Assembly: GCF_006345805.1 (NCBI RefSeq)
Contig: NC_043003.1
Span: forward strand, 65,100,001-65,164,000
From: Octopus sinensis
Lineage: Eukaryota
DNA: 64,000 nucleotides
Reading direction: 5' to 3'
The notes under the pieces are model-generated. The model was not told the DNA's origin, did not search any database, and saw only the letters and a program-made list of their open reading frames with translations. Every line of letters begins with the position of its first letter. The stretch's first letter is position 1. Of this stretch, positions 38,889-52,836 are shown one piece after another. The translations under genes and the position numbers were made by a program.

Positions 38889-39733
38889 TGATGAAAACCC
38901 TCAGCTTATTTTACTGGGAATGATGGAAAGTGCCTGCTGTCCAAAGCTAGTAGAATTAGGTGAAACTTGTTTACTGGTCATTCTTCACGATCACTGCAAA
39001 GAATTCTTGCAGTTCCAAGCAATGCTGATTTTTTTTGCAGCTGTTCTACCTTCACACTTGCACCGATCTTTTTCAGCCTTGTTGGTAGTTGAGTGCTGAT
39101 ACTTCCAAGTGCACCAATTACTATTGGTATCACGTCTACTCTATTCATTGACCACAACCTTCGTATTTCCTCCTTAAAAACGTTGTAGTTGTTTATTTTT
39201 CCTGCTCTCACATTGATGCTGTTGTCACCGAGACATGCTATGTCGATTATCATACATATTCTTTCCTTTTTTGCTCGCCACAACAATGTCCGGTTTCCGA
39301 CATCTGGTCGGGTGATCGCGCTGAATCATTGCATCCCACAGGATTTTGCAATTCTCATTTTCGGTGACTGCTTCGGGGTTTTCTCATACCACGACTTTGC
39401 TCTTTGTAGACCGTGATTTCCACAGAAGTCCCAATGGATCGTTCTTGCCACATTGTTATGGCGTCGTTTGTTATCGCGTCGTGCCAATTTCGGGCATTCA
39501 TTAAGGATGTGACATTCCGTTTCACTTCTATCACCACACATTCTGCATTTGTTGCTGTTGGTGGTGTTGTCAATTCTGCACTTCACATAGTTAGTCCTTA
39601 ACGTTTGTTCTTGAGCTGTAAATATGCATACTTCTGTCTCTTCAGCTCCTCATCCATAGCCACTGGTCTTCTGTATCTGTCTTGGCGTTCGCATTTCTTG
39701 CAAACTATCTGTACATTTTATCTCCTTTTTCAG
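38889..39733 (-). mobile_element. Dong subfamily C 3' fragment
   Basis: KCRMCGDRSETECHILNECPKLA zinc knuckle, IIDIACLGD, VIPIVIGALG and ALLGTARIL. (TTA)n on both flanks. Confidence 0.85.
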
Positions 39734-39791
39734 TGTCGTCGTCGTCGTCATCATCATCATCCTTCTTCTTCTTCTTCTTCTTCTTCTTCTT

Positions 39792-39901
<110 letters not shown>

Positions 39902-40345
39902 CATTATTATTATTATTATTATTAAGATGGTGAGCTGGCAGAATTGTTAGCATGCTGGACAAAATGCTTCACAGTCTACCTTTAGGTTCCGAGTTCAAAT
40001 CCCTCCTCTGTTTCAATATGTCACCGAACATGGAATACGGCTCATGCACGAAATGTATTATTTCTTGATGAGGCAATGCTTTCGGAGGACACAATCCTGG
40101 TTGCGATGTTGAGCACCGAAAATTATGTTGCTAAATATATTATTTAGATCAACCAAGTTACGGACCGCAAATAGCTATAATAGGCATCTGCGCAGAAGAT
40201 TCTCACTGGTCAATATATATATATACGAGTGAGGAGTCCAATGTGGCTCACTCGTATCACTATCGAACAAAGAGTTTAACTACAGTCTGTCCATAGCGTT
40301 TACTTAGCGTTACCTGCCACTCTTTGGGTCTTCTAGATAACAATA

Positions 40346-40432
<87 letters not shown>

Positions 40433-40660
40433 CAGAGTGTGAGAGAGAAAGAGAACGAGAGTATATATGTGCGGACGGCTTACACCTTCCCCTTGTCCTG
40501 GGCTGTCAACACTTGACGGAGTCGAAGGGATGGTTTTATGATAAACAGCCAGTCTTGGGTAATTTTAAATTTGTCGAAATCCACTCCTCTCCAGGTCAGA
40601 TCATAGCCGATTTCTTCGAAGATATTGATGGGCAGAGAGAGAGAGAAAGAGAGAAAGAGT

Positions 40661-40777
<117 letters not shown>

Positions 40778-43614
40778 AATAGAACCGACTCCAGCACAGG
40801 TTCTTTATCAAACCTAACTGAATGAAATGCAAAGTTAACGTCGGAGGTATTTGAACTCCGATTGCAGAGAACCAGAATGAATACCGCAAGGCATTTTAGT
40901 TGGTCAACAAACTGAGCGAATCGCAACGAATCTTTCCCAGACGATATTTTTCAATTATGTACATTAAATTTCGACTATCGCTTTATAATTCGATACACGT
41001 CTGGCCCTGCTTTTCTGTCTATATACGCGAATTAATAGGCCATATCTTTGCCCAACCGCAAATTAGATGTGTCATACGAGTTACTACATAGTTTTAACGG
41101 ATTAAAAATATTTTTAAGTAATATTAAAATATCAGAAAAGTAAGGGAAATTGCACTCTTTCAAAACAGCTTTTCCCAACAGCTGTTCCCCGGAAACGCAA
41201 TATTGAAAAGAAATCATAAGACAATATGTGTTTGCGTCTGTGTTACTTTTATACACACGCATACAAGCAACTATAACTTCCTAAGTATTACACAACTACG
41301 TATGTGTATTTTTGCAAATATTTGTCTGCTGTCAGTATGTGTGTGTGTGTGTTTGTGTGTGTGCGCGCATGTGTATGTAAACATAGACACGCATTTTCTA
41401 TGGTTTTGTACACATCTTAATGCACGCCTTCTTCTTTTCTATATAATTTTAAGCGGCTTCAATAACAATGTGCTCAGACTAATTCATACAACATGACCAA
41501 AGCATTTCCGCTCCAACTTATAAAATTTAATTTATTTAGTAGCACTCAGAGAGAAAGAACTATAAAAAATACACAACAAACGAGCAAATAATGAATAAAT
41601 AAAATTAGATACATTGACTTCTTAGAACCGAATGATACAAAGCTGTTTAATAAAAGAGAACACTTGAATATATCAGATAATAAAAAAAATATAATGGTAA
41701 CATGGAGCGAAGATAATGAAAAACACATCATCTTCCAAGTTTGATTGCGTACAAAGACAGAATAAGGTTGAGAGGGAAAGAAAGAACATTCCATAGGAGT
41801 GCACATGTCCTCCCTTCTATGTCCACCGTGGCTGCTGTCTTTTCTGTAACTTAGATTTGTTTCGGTAGGTTATCTAATTCTTATTATCATTGAAACAAAT
41901 TTAGGGTGAAGTGTTCTTAAAAAGTACATGCGAAATTTTCAAGTAGTAGTAGTAGTAGTAGCAGCAGTAATAGTTGTAGTAGTGATTTCAAATTTTGGCA
42001 CAAGGCCAGCAATTTCGAGGGAGGGATAAGTCGATTACACTGGCCTGAGTACTCGGCTGGTACTTATTTTATCGACCCGAAAAGATGAAAGATAGACTAT
42101 GTGTCGGAGGCTAGTTCCACCTCACATTACTTTGGTTCTGGTTTATAAGTCATGGTTACTTCTTCAGCAGAGAGGATTCTTTCTATGTAGAATATGTACC
42201 TAACCTCACATTTGCAAAATTTCTTCTGCTAGGTTTTCTATTTTAAGACTGCCTCTTTATCCCCATCGTCTTCAGTCTGATATCAACCCTTATCAGTTTA
42301 TAAGATATTACTGCTACGAGGGGTTACTCCTTGCTCGTTTACAACAAGCTGTTCTTGTGGTCGTGTGTAACTCTCCTTGTCTTCACTGATTGTAGTTAGA
42401 AGAGGGAGCCTTTTGGTTTCATGGCTTGCATCTAGTAATAAGACTGGGCCAGTTTCATTTATCGATCCACGAATTCTGCTTAGTGTTGTTCTAGAACCGA
42501 TAACATCTGCAATTTATTGATTTTACTCTTTAAGACTTTCTGTGTAGGACGCTTTTAAATGGTACATACGCTCACGTTTGTAACAACTGGTCCGTCTGAA
42601 TTAAACCTGCTCCGCTCAGCGCCTTCTACAGAACACAGTTCTGATATTGTCTTATGGTTTTATACTAGTTATGAGTAGTGTATGCACAAGGTAATCCCAA
42701 CCAAGCACATACCCAATGATACATCTATCCACATTGCGTCACAAAAGTCACTATTAGCCAAGTGGTGACGTTATAACTAATGTCTCTGAAAAGTGCATTT
42801 GGGTTCTTCCTACACAAATATTGCAGAACCACGTTATGGGCAAGTGCAGCACGTACTATTTGAGCTTGCGTTTTTGCCTGCTCGTCTTTTTAAGCGATAG
42901 CACTTAAAGTAACATACTCTCTCCTTCCAACAATTGATATTTTACTTAGAATATCTCCAGGGACTGCCTTTAGTTCTTACCTGGACGAAGCAAGAAAACT
43001 GGCAGGTAGAAATATACCAGTTTTCTCCTCTAGGATTTATAGCGGAAGATTGGCACCAATTCGATGAGGAAAATACGTTCAAGATTTTGATCTTTCAACA
43101 AAAAGTTCCATGTAGAGAGATATTTTATTTGAAAATAGATTTGCGAAGAACAGCCTTCGTTATTAATGCCTAAAGCATACGGCTGTTGATAACGATAATG
43201 TAAAACGAGTTATAATGCTGAATTTTGCTGTGGCATATCTATTTTTTATATTCTATACATTTGTTCATTAATGTTTTCTTTTTTCTTTCCATTCCTTTGT
43301 TTCTTGGTTGTTTTGCTTTAATGTAGTCTTTATGAAGAAGCTTTTTTGTAAATCTTAGTGATGGGCGATAGAATAAGATGAAAATATTGTAAGAAGCTTA
43401 TTTGTTGCATAGTTTTTGTAATATAGACCTTCCAAAAAGCGTTTCAAAAACATAAAATCCAGTTCTTGTTTCAGTAAAATCTGTGATAAATCGAACGAAT
43501 CTGGCACAACATTTGCGCCTCAAAGTCCGTAGCAAGACGAAAATAGTAGTATTAGTAATAATAATAATAATATAATAATAATAATAATAATAATAATAAA
43601 ATAATAATAATAAA

Positions 43615-43817
43615 TCTTTTCTACTATAGGCACAAGGTCTGAAATTTTAGGGGAGGGGTAGGTCGATTACATCGACCACAGTACTCAACTCATCGACCTC
43701 GAAAGGATGAAAGGCAAAATTGACCTCGGCGGAATCTGAACTCTGAACGTGCACACGGACGAAATCCCGCTAAGCATTTCGCCCGGCGTTCTAACGATTC
43801 TATCAGCTAGCCGCCTT
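43615..43817 (-). mobile_element. SINE S2
   Basis: Complete S2 head and tail next to an (AAT)n tract. Confidence 0.85.
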
Positions 43818-43836
43818 AACAACAACAACAATAATA

Positions 43837-44303
43837 CAGGCACTGGCTCTTATGGCTACTGATCTTAACTGAATAATATAAAAGATGGGCTACAGCAAAT
43901 ATCTTGTACAATGTCATAGGTTTGCTTGTCAGTTGTTTGAGCTTAACCAGTTGAGCACGTCTCTTAGTGGCTGATGATATGTGCATCTCTGATCACGAAC
44001 AGAAGTAGAAAGGGAACTCTTTGAGGCTTGAATAATTAATCTCTGGAAAGGTGTTTTGTTCAAAATCCTTAAACAAACGTTATTCAGGGATTTTTGAGCG
44101 GGATAGACTACTCGACCTAAAGAAAATTCTAACGCAACGTCATGCGCTGTTTATCTTGATAAAAGATAAGTATGTCGTGCACATATGGTTGTAATGCATG
44201 TACCTGGTGTCCCCTTATCAGACGGTTGGTCATAAGAGGTATGCTGGGCTTCGTATATTTTACCCCAGTGTCATTTTAATGGCATGCACTGCTCTCTCAC
44301 TCA
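43837..44303 (+). mobile_element. Non-coding repeat in an AAT/AAC tract (copy 1, with deletions)
   Basis: Colinear homology with 47667-48222 and the same end TGCTCTCTCACTCA followed by (TAA)n. Orientation inferred. Confidence 0.8.
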
Positions 44304-44400
44304 GTAATAATAATAACAACAATTCAAAATTTGACACATTGGCCACGAATAGGGGACATTGCGAAGACGGGTTGCAGGTGAGTGGGTTGTGTTACATTGA

Positions 44401-44449
<49 letters not shown>

Positions 44450-45950
44450 CCCGCGCTCCTGTACCAAAGCAAGGTGGCGGCATGATATATTCAATGGATT
44501 TAAATATTTAAATGCCAGCCGAATCCATCTGACATGCTAAAGGTTTTCGACGAGATTCTAAAAGCTGAAGACTGGATGTCACCCTGTACGAATCTTAAGA
44601 AGGCAATACTATCTGTATCGCTTCCAGATTACTGATATTTGGAGGTTACTTATAATCTTCAGCATGAAAATCCACCAGAAGTAACCACTGAAATTATTCT
44701 TATCAACAGCCATATTTATTTCCAGGTCATAATCCCTCATATGCTCTACAGGCCCTCAGCTGGCAGAGTGCATTCAATTTCATGATAGTATTCCAGATGC
44801 AAGGCGCTCAGCTCTAGTCTGCAGCTCAATCAATAAGGTATGCTGCTGAAAGATCTGCTCAGAAACGACGACCACACCCGTTTACTGTTGTCATTATCTA
44901 AGAAATTTAGCGAATGTAGTATTAGTGGTTACTTGTGCATCATCAGCTACCACATTTCGAGCCACCAATCACCTGGTGTGGACGTTGGCAGCTGACAGAT
45001 ATTCTTTGCAGAAGCATCATTCTCTTTTCAAACAAGCAAAGATTAGTCCTTTGAATCTGGGCAGATTGTTTCTGAAAATGGCACGTCGATTGGGTAGGAC
45101 TGTATTTGACTCGGACCTCCTTAACCAGAACTTGGTCTGACGACAGAAACTGCCGCGTGTATGCGTTTGCTTTAATCATTTCCCCTAAAGCTAACCCACT
45201 AAATTTTTTCGAGTAATACTCTCCTAACTTGTCCGTACAACCGCCGTTACTTCTCTGCCTAAGGCCATCTCAGTGACGACATTTGCACATGTGGACAAGA
45301 CTCTTTAGAGTCATATTTTAAGTCGGACTTCCCTCTTGTTTTCCCCAGTTTTATATTTTTGTGGTGGTTTGAGTTTTTCTGCTCTTTTCGGAATTGGCAA
45401 GTGTGTGGGTTGCAGCTGTAGTTATTATTTCTATTATTGCTATCTTTACTTGTTTTGGCTGTTCATGGTACTTTGTTGCTTTTTTTCTCTTCGTGATTTT
45501 GTTTCCATGTGTCTTAGTTCTTGATGTCGTTTATGTTGCTTATTCAAAGACTAGTTAAAGTTATTTTTGTAAAAAGTGTTGTTGTTGCTGGCACTCTTAG
45601 TTGTTAGCGCCAGTATTCAATGCTTTGGTGATAGTCTTGTTGTTGTTGTTTTCGTTGGTTTTCACGCATTTGATGCTGCTTTTGGATCCGTTGTTTTTTG
45701 GTGTTGTTAATGGTTTCGGTACTGTTATTTTTGTTTTTTTTTTCTTATTATTCCTGTAGATTTAACTGCAGGAAATACCGTCTTTCGCAGAGAGCTTAAA
45801 TATGTTACTAATTTTTCCGCTGTCATCTCCTTCGTCAACATTTTCGATATAAGTGGCGCAGGTGTTGCTGATAATGGTGGCTTGGGTTGGTGGTCCTATC
45901 ATCCACGCCTATATCTCGGTATTACAGGGAGAAAGGGAGCAAGAGAGAGT

Positions 45951-45982
<32 letters not shown>

Positions 45983-46587
45983 GAGAGCAAGAGAGAAGAG
46001 AGAGAAAGAGAGAGAGAGAGGTGAAGGGAAGAATCTGTTGTTTTAACTGAAGGAGAAATACATTTCGTTTAGTTTTCTTTTGTATGTATTTCTTGTTCGT
46101 TTCTGAAAAAAAAAAAATCCAGTATTTTGAAATGAAGTATGTTTGTTAGAAAATGAAAATCTCCCACCCGACTAATGGTGACAAAGGGATTAGCCAGGGA
46201 TTGCAACATGCCACACGTAATCAGTTCTATAAAAGAAAGTGTATACACAAATAATAACTTTCAAATTTTGACACGATTCCGGCAATTTTAGTAGGAAAGA
46301 TTAATCGATTAACGTCGACCAGTCGGCACTTGATCGGTACTTTATTTTATCGCTCACGGATGGATGAAAAGCAATGTTAACCAAAGTGTAATTTGAACAT
46401 GGAACATCTTCAATCGAAATAACGCAATGCATTTTGTCCTACGCTGTGAATAAAACATTAACAATCCCTTCTACCAGAGGCACAAGGCTTGAAATTTAGG
46501 AGGAGATGAGTCAATTACATCGACCCCAGTTTTTAATTGGTACTTATTTATTGACCCCTTTCGGGATCAATAGATAATAACAGTAAC

Positions 46588-46806
46588 AATCCTTTCTACT
46601 ATAGACACAAGGCCTGGAAGTTTGAGGGAGGGGAATAGTCATGTGCATCAACCCCAGTACTCAACTGGTACTTTTTTCGTCAAACCCGAAGGGATGAAAG
46701 TCAAAGTCAAAGTCGACCTTGGCGGAATTTGAACCCAGAACGTAAAAACGGACGAAATATCTCTATGCATTTCGATCAGCGTGCAAACGATTCAGCCAGC
46801 TCGCCG
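46588..46806 (-). mobile_element. SINE S2 (last of about three decayed tandem copies from ~46255)
   Basis: S2 head ggcgagctggctgaatcgtt and central domain. Confidence 0.8.
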
Positions 46807-47561
46807 TTTGATTCGAAGTGTACCACCGAAAGCCTGATCATTGCTGCACAAGACCAGGCTCTAGCTACTAATTCAGTGAAGTATAACATCTATAAAACTT
46901 CTGACACCCAGAAATGCAAACTCTGTGGAAAGGGTGTGGAAAATGCGACCCACTTGGTAAGTGGATGTGAGAGCCTTGCACAAAAACAATACAAGCGCCG
47001 CTATGGAAAGTGCGTGTGAATCTTCATTGGCTCTTATGCCTCAAATACCGATATGAAGTATCAGAGAACTGGTATGAGCATTTACTAAGTAAAGTTATAC
47101 AGGAGGATGGAAAAGTAATGTTACTCTGGGTATGTGATTTTCAGACGGATCGTGTAATCGAACACTGTCGGCGGGATATTGTCATATTGAATAAGAGAGA
47201 CAAATACTGTCAGATCATTGATGTAGTCATACTAAATGACATGAATGTTGTGAGTAAAGAGATTGAAAAAATCACCAAGTACTCCGAATTGAAAGTGGAA
47301 ATGGCAAGACTGCACGGAATGCGAGAGAGTAATGTAAAAGTGATGCCAGTTGTGATCGGAGCGTTGGGCTCAATTCCATTGAAACTTCAAGATTTCTTAA
47401 GGCAACTGGAAATCCCATGCAAGATTAATGTATTGCAAAAAGCAGCCTTATCGGTCACAGTGCACATTTTACGAAAAGTATTATCTGAATGAGGTCCTTG
47501 TTGTGACTTGGCAGATGACTAAAGACTTCGGTGCATTTTTATCTACACTATTTTACGAAGG
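46807..47561 (+). mobile_element. Dong-clade 3' fragment (subfamily D)
   Basis: TESLIIAAQDQALATN...CKLCGKGVENATHLVSGC...RRDIVIL...IIDV...VMPVVIGALG...HILRKVLSE*, followed by (AAT)n. Confidence 0.88.
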
Positions 47562-47589
47562 AATAATAATGATAATAATAATAATAATG

Positions 47590-47659
<70 letters not shown>

Positions 47660-47666
47660 TAATAAA

Positions 47667-48221
47667 TACCCTGATGCAGTACCAGGCAGTGGCTCTCATG
47701 GCTTCTGATCTTAACTGATTGGAAGTGTTATCATGTACATTGTTCTGTCTTGGTATAAAAGATGGGCTACAGCAAATATTCTGCTCAATACCACAGATTT
47801 GCTTGTCAGTTGTTTGACCGTAACCAGTTGAGCATGTCCCTTAGTGGCTGACGATATGTGCATCTCTGATCACGAGCAGAAGTAGTGGGGGAGCATCATA
47901 GCCATGTGTTGAGAGGGATTCTTTGGGGTTTGACTAATTCACCTCTGGAAACATGGGTGGTTCTTTCAACATCCTTAAACAACCCTTATTCAGGGACCTT
48001 TTGAGCGGGATGGGCTACTCAACCTGAAGAAAATTCTAACTGGGCCCCACCTGCAAGGTCATGTGCTGTTTATCTTGATATGAGATCACCATGTCGCGCA
48101 CATATGGTTGTGATGCATGTGCCTGGTGTACCCTTATCAGACGGGTAGTCATGATGGGTATATTGGGCTTCGTATATTTTATCCCAGTGTCACTTTGATG
48201 GCATGAACTGCTCTCTCACTC

Positions 48222-48222
<1 letters not shown>
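47667..48222 (+). mobile_element. ~550-bp non-coding repeat embedded in (AAT)n (copy 2)
   Basis: Long (AAT)n on both sides. No ORF, TIR or tRNA boxes seen; second copy at 43837. Confidence 0.85.
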
Positions 48223-48295
<73 letters not shown>

Positions 48296-48370
48296 TGATG
48301 ATGATGATGCCTTGGGCGGACCGAGAAAACGTTCCTCATTCTCTGAACCATAAGCTCACAACCGCTATCA

Positions 48371-48610
48371 CAGTGGTTCCCAAAGTGGGTAATACTGCCC
48401 CTCTTGGGGCGGTGGAAAGATCCAGGTGTGTAGAACTGAAGGAAAGTGGGGGTGATGATGGGATGACCAAAATGAGGCGATGGATATAAAACCAACAAAA
48501 TAATGGGTTAATTCGGTTATGTTTTGTTTGTGAAAAACAGTTGGTGGTCTATGTTTGTGGTGGACTGGGTGCAAAGGGTGCAGCAACCCTAAAAAGTTTG
48601 AGAATCACTG
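48371..48610. mobile_element. hAT-like MITE, decayed
   Basis: Imperfect TIRs CAGTGGTTCCCAAA / TTTGAGAATCACTG; no clear TSD. Confidence 0.6.
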
Positions 48611-49726
48611 TGTTAATAAATCACTGACCCACTTCTTACCATAATCTGTCGTGGAGAGCTTACTTATACTTGGTAACTAAGTTATTGTTTGAATCTTTTT
48701 CCATGAAGATCAGTGTCAAGGGATTTAGACTTGGATTGCCTTTCAGAGTAAAGTTGAAGCACTCCGTGACCTGCTTGAAGGACCTCCAGTCTGTTGTCTA
48801 TCCTTTCTTCCAGTTGTATGATTTCCCGCCTTTTTTCTTGTACAGACACACGCGTTTGCAAACTCGCCCACAATGGACTTATATTTGAAATGTGGTAGGT
48901 AGGTCTTGAACATCTACCAAATATGGTAAATTTATCATGAATATTAAACTCAGTCATTAATATAATCATGTATAGCAATGGAAACGAATTTTTCTGTCTC
49001 CTGTTAGCAAAGAGCATCAGATTTTCTGAAATAACACAACTAGTTTTATGCTGGGAAGGTGGCCAATAATTATTATGGAATTAAATGTGAACGAAATTCT
49101 GTCAACACTTAATCCGTGTTCGTTGATTTTAAACTTCATCAAGTGAAATTAATTTCCTATATAATTATTATATAATATATCCATAATTTGTTTTGAAATT
49201 TAATAACATACCTTTCCTTTGTACTTAAGACGTTGTGATTGATGTAGACATCACCGTCGCGATTTAAATTCTAATCGACAGACTTTTAAGCCATTTGATA
49301 TAGTTTGTTTTCGCCTGTGACTAGCTTATGTTGCCCCTGGATTTGATTTTAGCATTAACTCTATTACGAGTGTTGTTCTATCATTAATTGTTTATTGTTA
49401 GAAGAAATCTGTATATTTTAGTTGTGTTGCCTAAATATCTTTGTCTATATAGCTTTGTTTTGTTCTGTGTGGTATAGGGGTTTGAAATTACACTTTTGTG
49501 TGCACATACAAGGTGTGGCATCAGAAAGCCAGAAGAGTGTTGTACGTTTGAAGTAGTGAAGTTTACAACTTTCACAATTGCAATAAAATTTATGAATCAC
49601 ATTGGTCATTAGTAGCTTGTTTTTGAATTCACATGCTTATGAATTTTTACCGGTGAAGTTTTAAAACAGATTTTATGGTGTATTATGTTTTATCCTATGA
49701 GCTAATATAAGGATTTTTGTATTCTA

Positions 49727-49846
49727 TTTTACGGCCAAAACACGTAGAAAGCATCGGTTCTCGTCCGATCACCGAAGTTAAGCAACGTCGAGACTAGTGA
49801 GTACTTAGGTGGGTGATCGCTTGGGAGACCTTGGTGTTGTAAGCAT
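49727..49846 (+). pseudogene. Dispersed 5S rRNA pseudogene
   Basis: Full-length match to metazoan 5S: TACGGCCA...GGTTCTCGTCCGATCACCGAAGTTAAGCAACGTCGAG...AGTACTT.G.TGGGTGA.CGC.TGGGA...GGTGTTGTAAGCAT. Multiple substitutions, including in the C box; single copy. Confidence 0.88.
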
Positions 49847-49857
49847 CACACATTTTT

Positions 49858-50056
49858 ATAGGCATAGGAGTGGCTGTGTGGTAAGTAGCTTGTTTACGAA
49901 CCGCAAGGTTCCGGGTTCAGTTCCACTGCGTGACAACTTGGGCAAGTGTCTGCTACTATAGCCTCGGGCCGACCAAAGCCTTGTGAGTGGATTTGGTAGA
50001 CGGAAGCTGAAAACAGCCCGTCGTGTATATGTATATATATATAGATATATATATAT

Positions 50057-50109
<53 letters not shown>

Positions 50110-50346
50110 TGTGTGTGTGTGGTGTGTGTGTGTTGTGTGTGTGTATGTGTGTGTGTGTGTGTGTATGTTTGTGTGTCTGTGTTTGTCCCCCCAACATCGC
50201 TTGACTACCGATGTTGGTGTGTTCCGCAAAGTGATCGATAGAATAAGTACTAGGCTTCCAAAGAATAAGTCCTGGGGTCGATTTGCTCGACTAAAGGCGG
50301 TACTCCAGCATAGCCACTGTCAAATGACTGAAACAAGTAAAGAGTA
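49858..50346 (+). mobile_element. SINE S1, full length with a small deletion
   Basis: Head ATAGGCATAGGAGTGGCTGTGTGG, internal microsatellite, S1 tail. Confidence 0.9.
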
Positions 50347-52000
50347 TATGTTCATCCAGCCTATCTTTCACATACATTCGATTCATAAGAAAACCCTAGC
50401 TATCGTATGTATATCTAGAGTACCTGTTGATTAGTGTGTATCATATTCTATAGATCCCTTCAAAGAGTTTTGTTTGCTGGGAAATAGAAATACTCTTCTA
50501 AGTAAAGCCTTTTGAATATTTACATAACTGAAGACATTCGCTTTCTCTACCTACATATATTTGTCTTTGATGCAAACCGATGTGCTTTATTCGTTACTTT
50601 TTGTCGAAATTTTTTATGTCCAGAAATGGAGGATTGTAATGGTATAAGCTTCTTTGAACTCTTTTACACGTTGATTCTGCACTATGAGTTTTAGAACAGT
50701 TGCTTTTGATGTATTGTTTGAATTTATCGATGTCATCCGACCTATATATTAAGTCGAGTATATCATCTAAACATCAGGTGTGTATGCCTGGTATTATTTT
50801 TTCTATTGTGGCCACATAAGACACTACAATCGTTGGTCATAAGAGAAAACCTATTGCTAATCCATCCTCTTGCTCGCAGAATTTGCATTTTGTACAGGGA
50901 AACCGTACCTCATTATATTACCTGGTAATGTGTTGGGTTTCATTCTTGAAATTTCGTCTTTATTTTCTTTCTTCCACTGGAACCAACGGGGGTACAGCTG
51001 GTGAATGAAGCTGGTGTAAATAGTAGTCAAATCTCTCTCAAATCACACTCTGCAGGCTTTTAAGAGAAGGAAGGATAAAGTTCATAATATAATTTGAGAT
51101 TTGCTATATTTGAATAAGAAAACAAGATGAAGAACCGAGATGACGGATGAGAATATATTTAACCATAAGCACACTTTTAAAATACCTGTTTGGCTATAGC
51201 CGGAAAGTATTTGGCCATGCCTGCTCAATCAAGTCTAACCTGGGGCCAAATACCAATAATAGTAACTTTTAAAAATTAAAATGAGAAAATATTTAGATTA
51301 TAAATTCGTCTCGATTAATTAAATACCAGACTATAATTACATCTCCGGTGGTAAGGGTTAAGTCGGCAAGATTTGACACAGATTAACAAAAAATACTAGC
51401 AATAAAAGACAGCAGCCTTCGGGCACATTGGGCTTGTTCGATTCTGGTACAAGTTATTTATTATTTTTTTTTTGTTTGTTTTCGACAAATATGGAATTTA
51501 GTCTTTCGTAGTCCAATTTATCTTCTTTTATTTTCGTAAAAATTCAAAATTTACATTTCTCCTCATCTTTGGTTTGTGTACTTTTGAGTGCGAAATATCG
51601 GCGTCTCTGAATACGCATGTGTGTGTCGGTGTGCTACTGTGTGTTTGTATGTGTGTGTGTGAAACCCTTTCTCAAATGTTCAATTTACATATTTAAGCGC
51701 AATTTATAAATTATTTGCTATTTTATGTACGCATATCTCCTACATTTTAATATATATCGTATATGAATGACGTATGTATGTATGTATGTATGTATGTATG
51801 TATGTATGTATGATGTATGTATGTATGTATGTATGTATGTATGTATGTGGGTATGTATTATGTATGTATATATGTATGTAATTATGTATGTATGTATGTA
51901 TCTGTGAATGTATGTATGTGTGTGTATGTATGTATATGTGTATGTGTGTGTGTATGTATGTATGTATGTATGTATGTATGTATAAATGTATGTAAGTATA

Positions 52001-52205
52001 TACTCTTTACTCTTTTACTCTTTTACTTGTTTCAGTCATGTGACTGTAGCCTTGCTGGAGCACCGCCTTTAGTCGAGCAAATCTACCCCAGGACTTATTC
52101 TTTGTAAACCTAGTACTTATTCTATCGGTTTCTTTTGCCGAAGCCCTAAGTGATGGGCACGTAAACACACCAGCATCGGTTGTCAAGCGATGTTGGGAGG
52201 ACAAC
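52001..52205 (-). mobile_element. SINE S1 3' half
   Basis: S1 tail with (TACTCTTT)n terminal repeats. Confidence 0.85.
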
Positions 52206-52725
52206 ATATATGTGGATGCACACGCACATGCGCAAACATGCATTTCATTTCCTTTTACTCAGATGGTTCTAGGACGAATTTCTCTCTAAAAGGTGGCTAG
52301 TGATAGTAAGACTAGAACTAAGTACACAAAGACTAAATACAAATAGTGCAAGACATCTTTTCTGATTCTCAAAGTATTCTTCCCATTTACTTGTCAGGTC
52401 TGGCCATATGTTTTTCGACCCTGGATGGATGAAAAGTAACGTTAACCTCGGGGCGATTGGAACACAAAATGCAAAGATTTGGAGTAGACACCACAAAGCA
52501 TTTAATCCCATAACTAAACGACTACCGATTCACTGATTTACAAACGCTTACACACACTCTCTCTCTCTCTCATACACACACACATAAATACACCCACACC
52601 CACGCACAGATACCTATATAAATATATGTGTATCTCATTCTACTTATATCTATTTCTCTCTGTCTAACTCCCTGCTTCTCTCTTTCTCTCTCTCTCTATG
52701 TATACATATACATATATATATATAT

Positions 52726-52759
<34 letters not shown>

Positions 52760-52774
52760 ATATGTGCGTATGTG

Positions 52775-52836
<62 letters not shown>

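Noticed and set aside
42100-43170. Possible old LINE remnant (WLGLP and GAGL-like peptides on the minus strand)
   Set aside because: Too decayed to classify by eye; needs a BLASTX or HMM search.
44450-45930. Complex-sequence block, possibly a decayed L1/Tx1-like element or exons
   Set aside because: No sustained frame or unambiguous motif found. The same holds for ~56460-57200.
48682-49017. 111-aa minus ORF with a coiled-coil-like stretch, and a possible ~50-nt plus-strand micro-exon near 48846-48894
   Set aside because: No recognisable homology, and the splice signals on the two strands conflict; insufficient support.
49727-49846. Functional 5S rRNA gene
   Set aside because: It is a solitary copy with substitutions in the 5' end, C box and 3' helices, so it is treated as a pseudogene.
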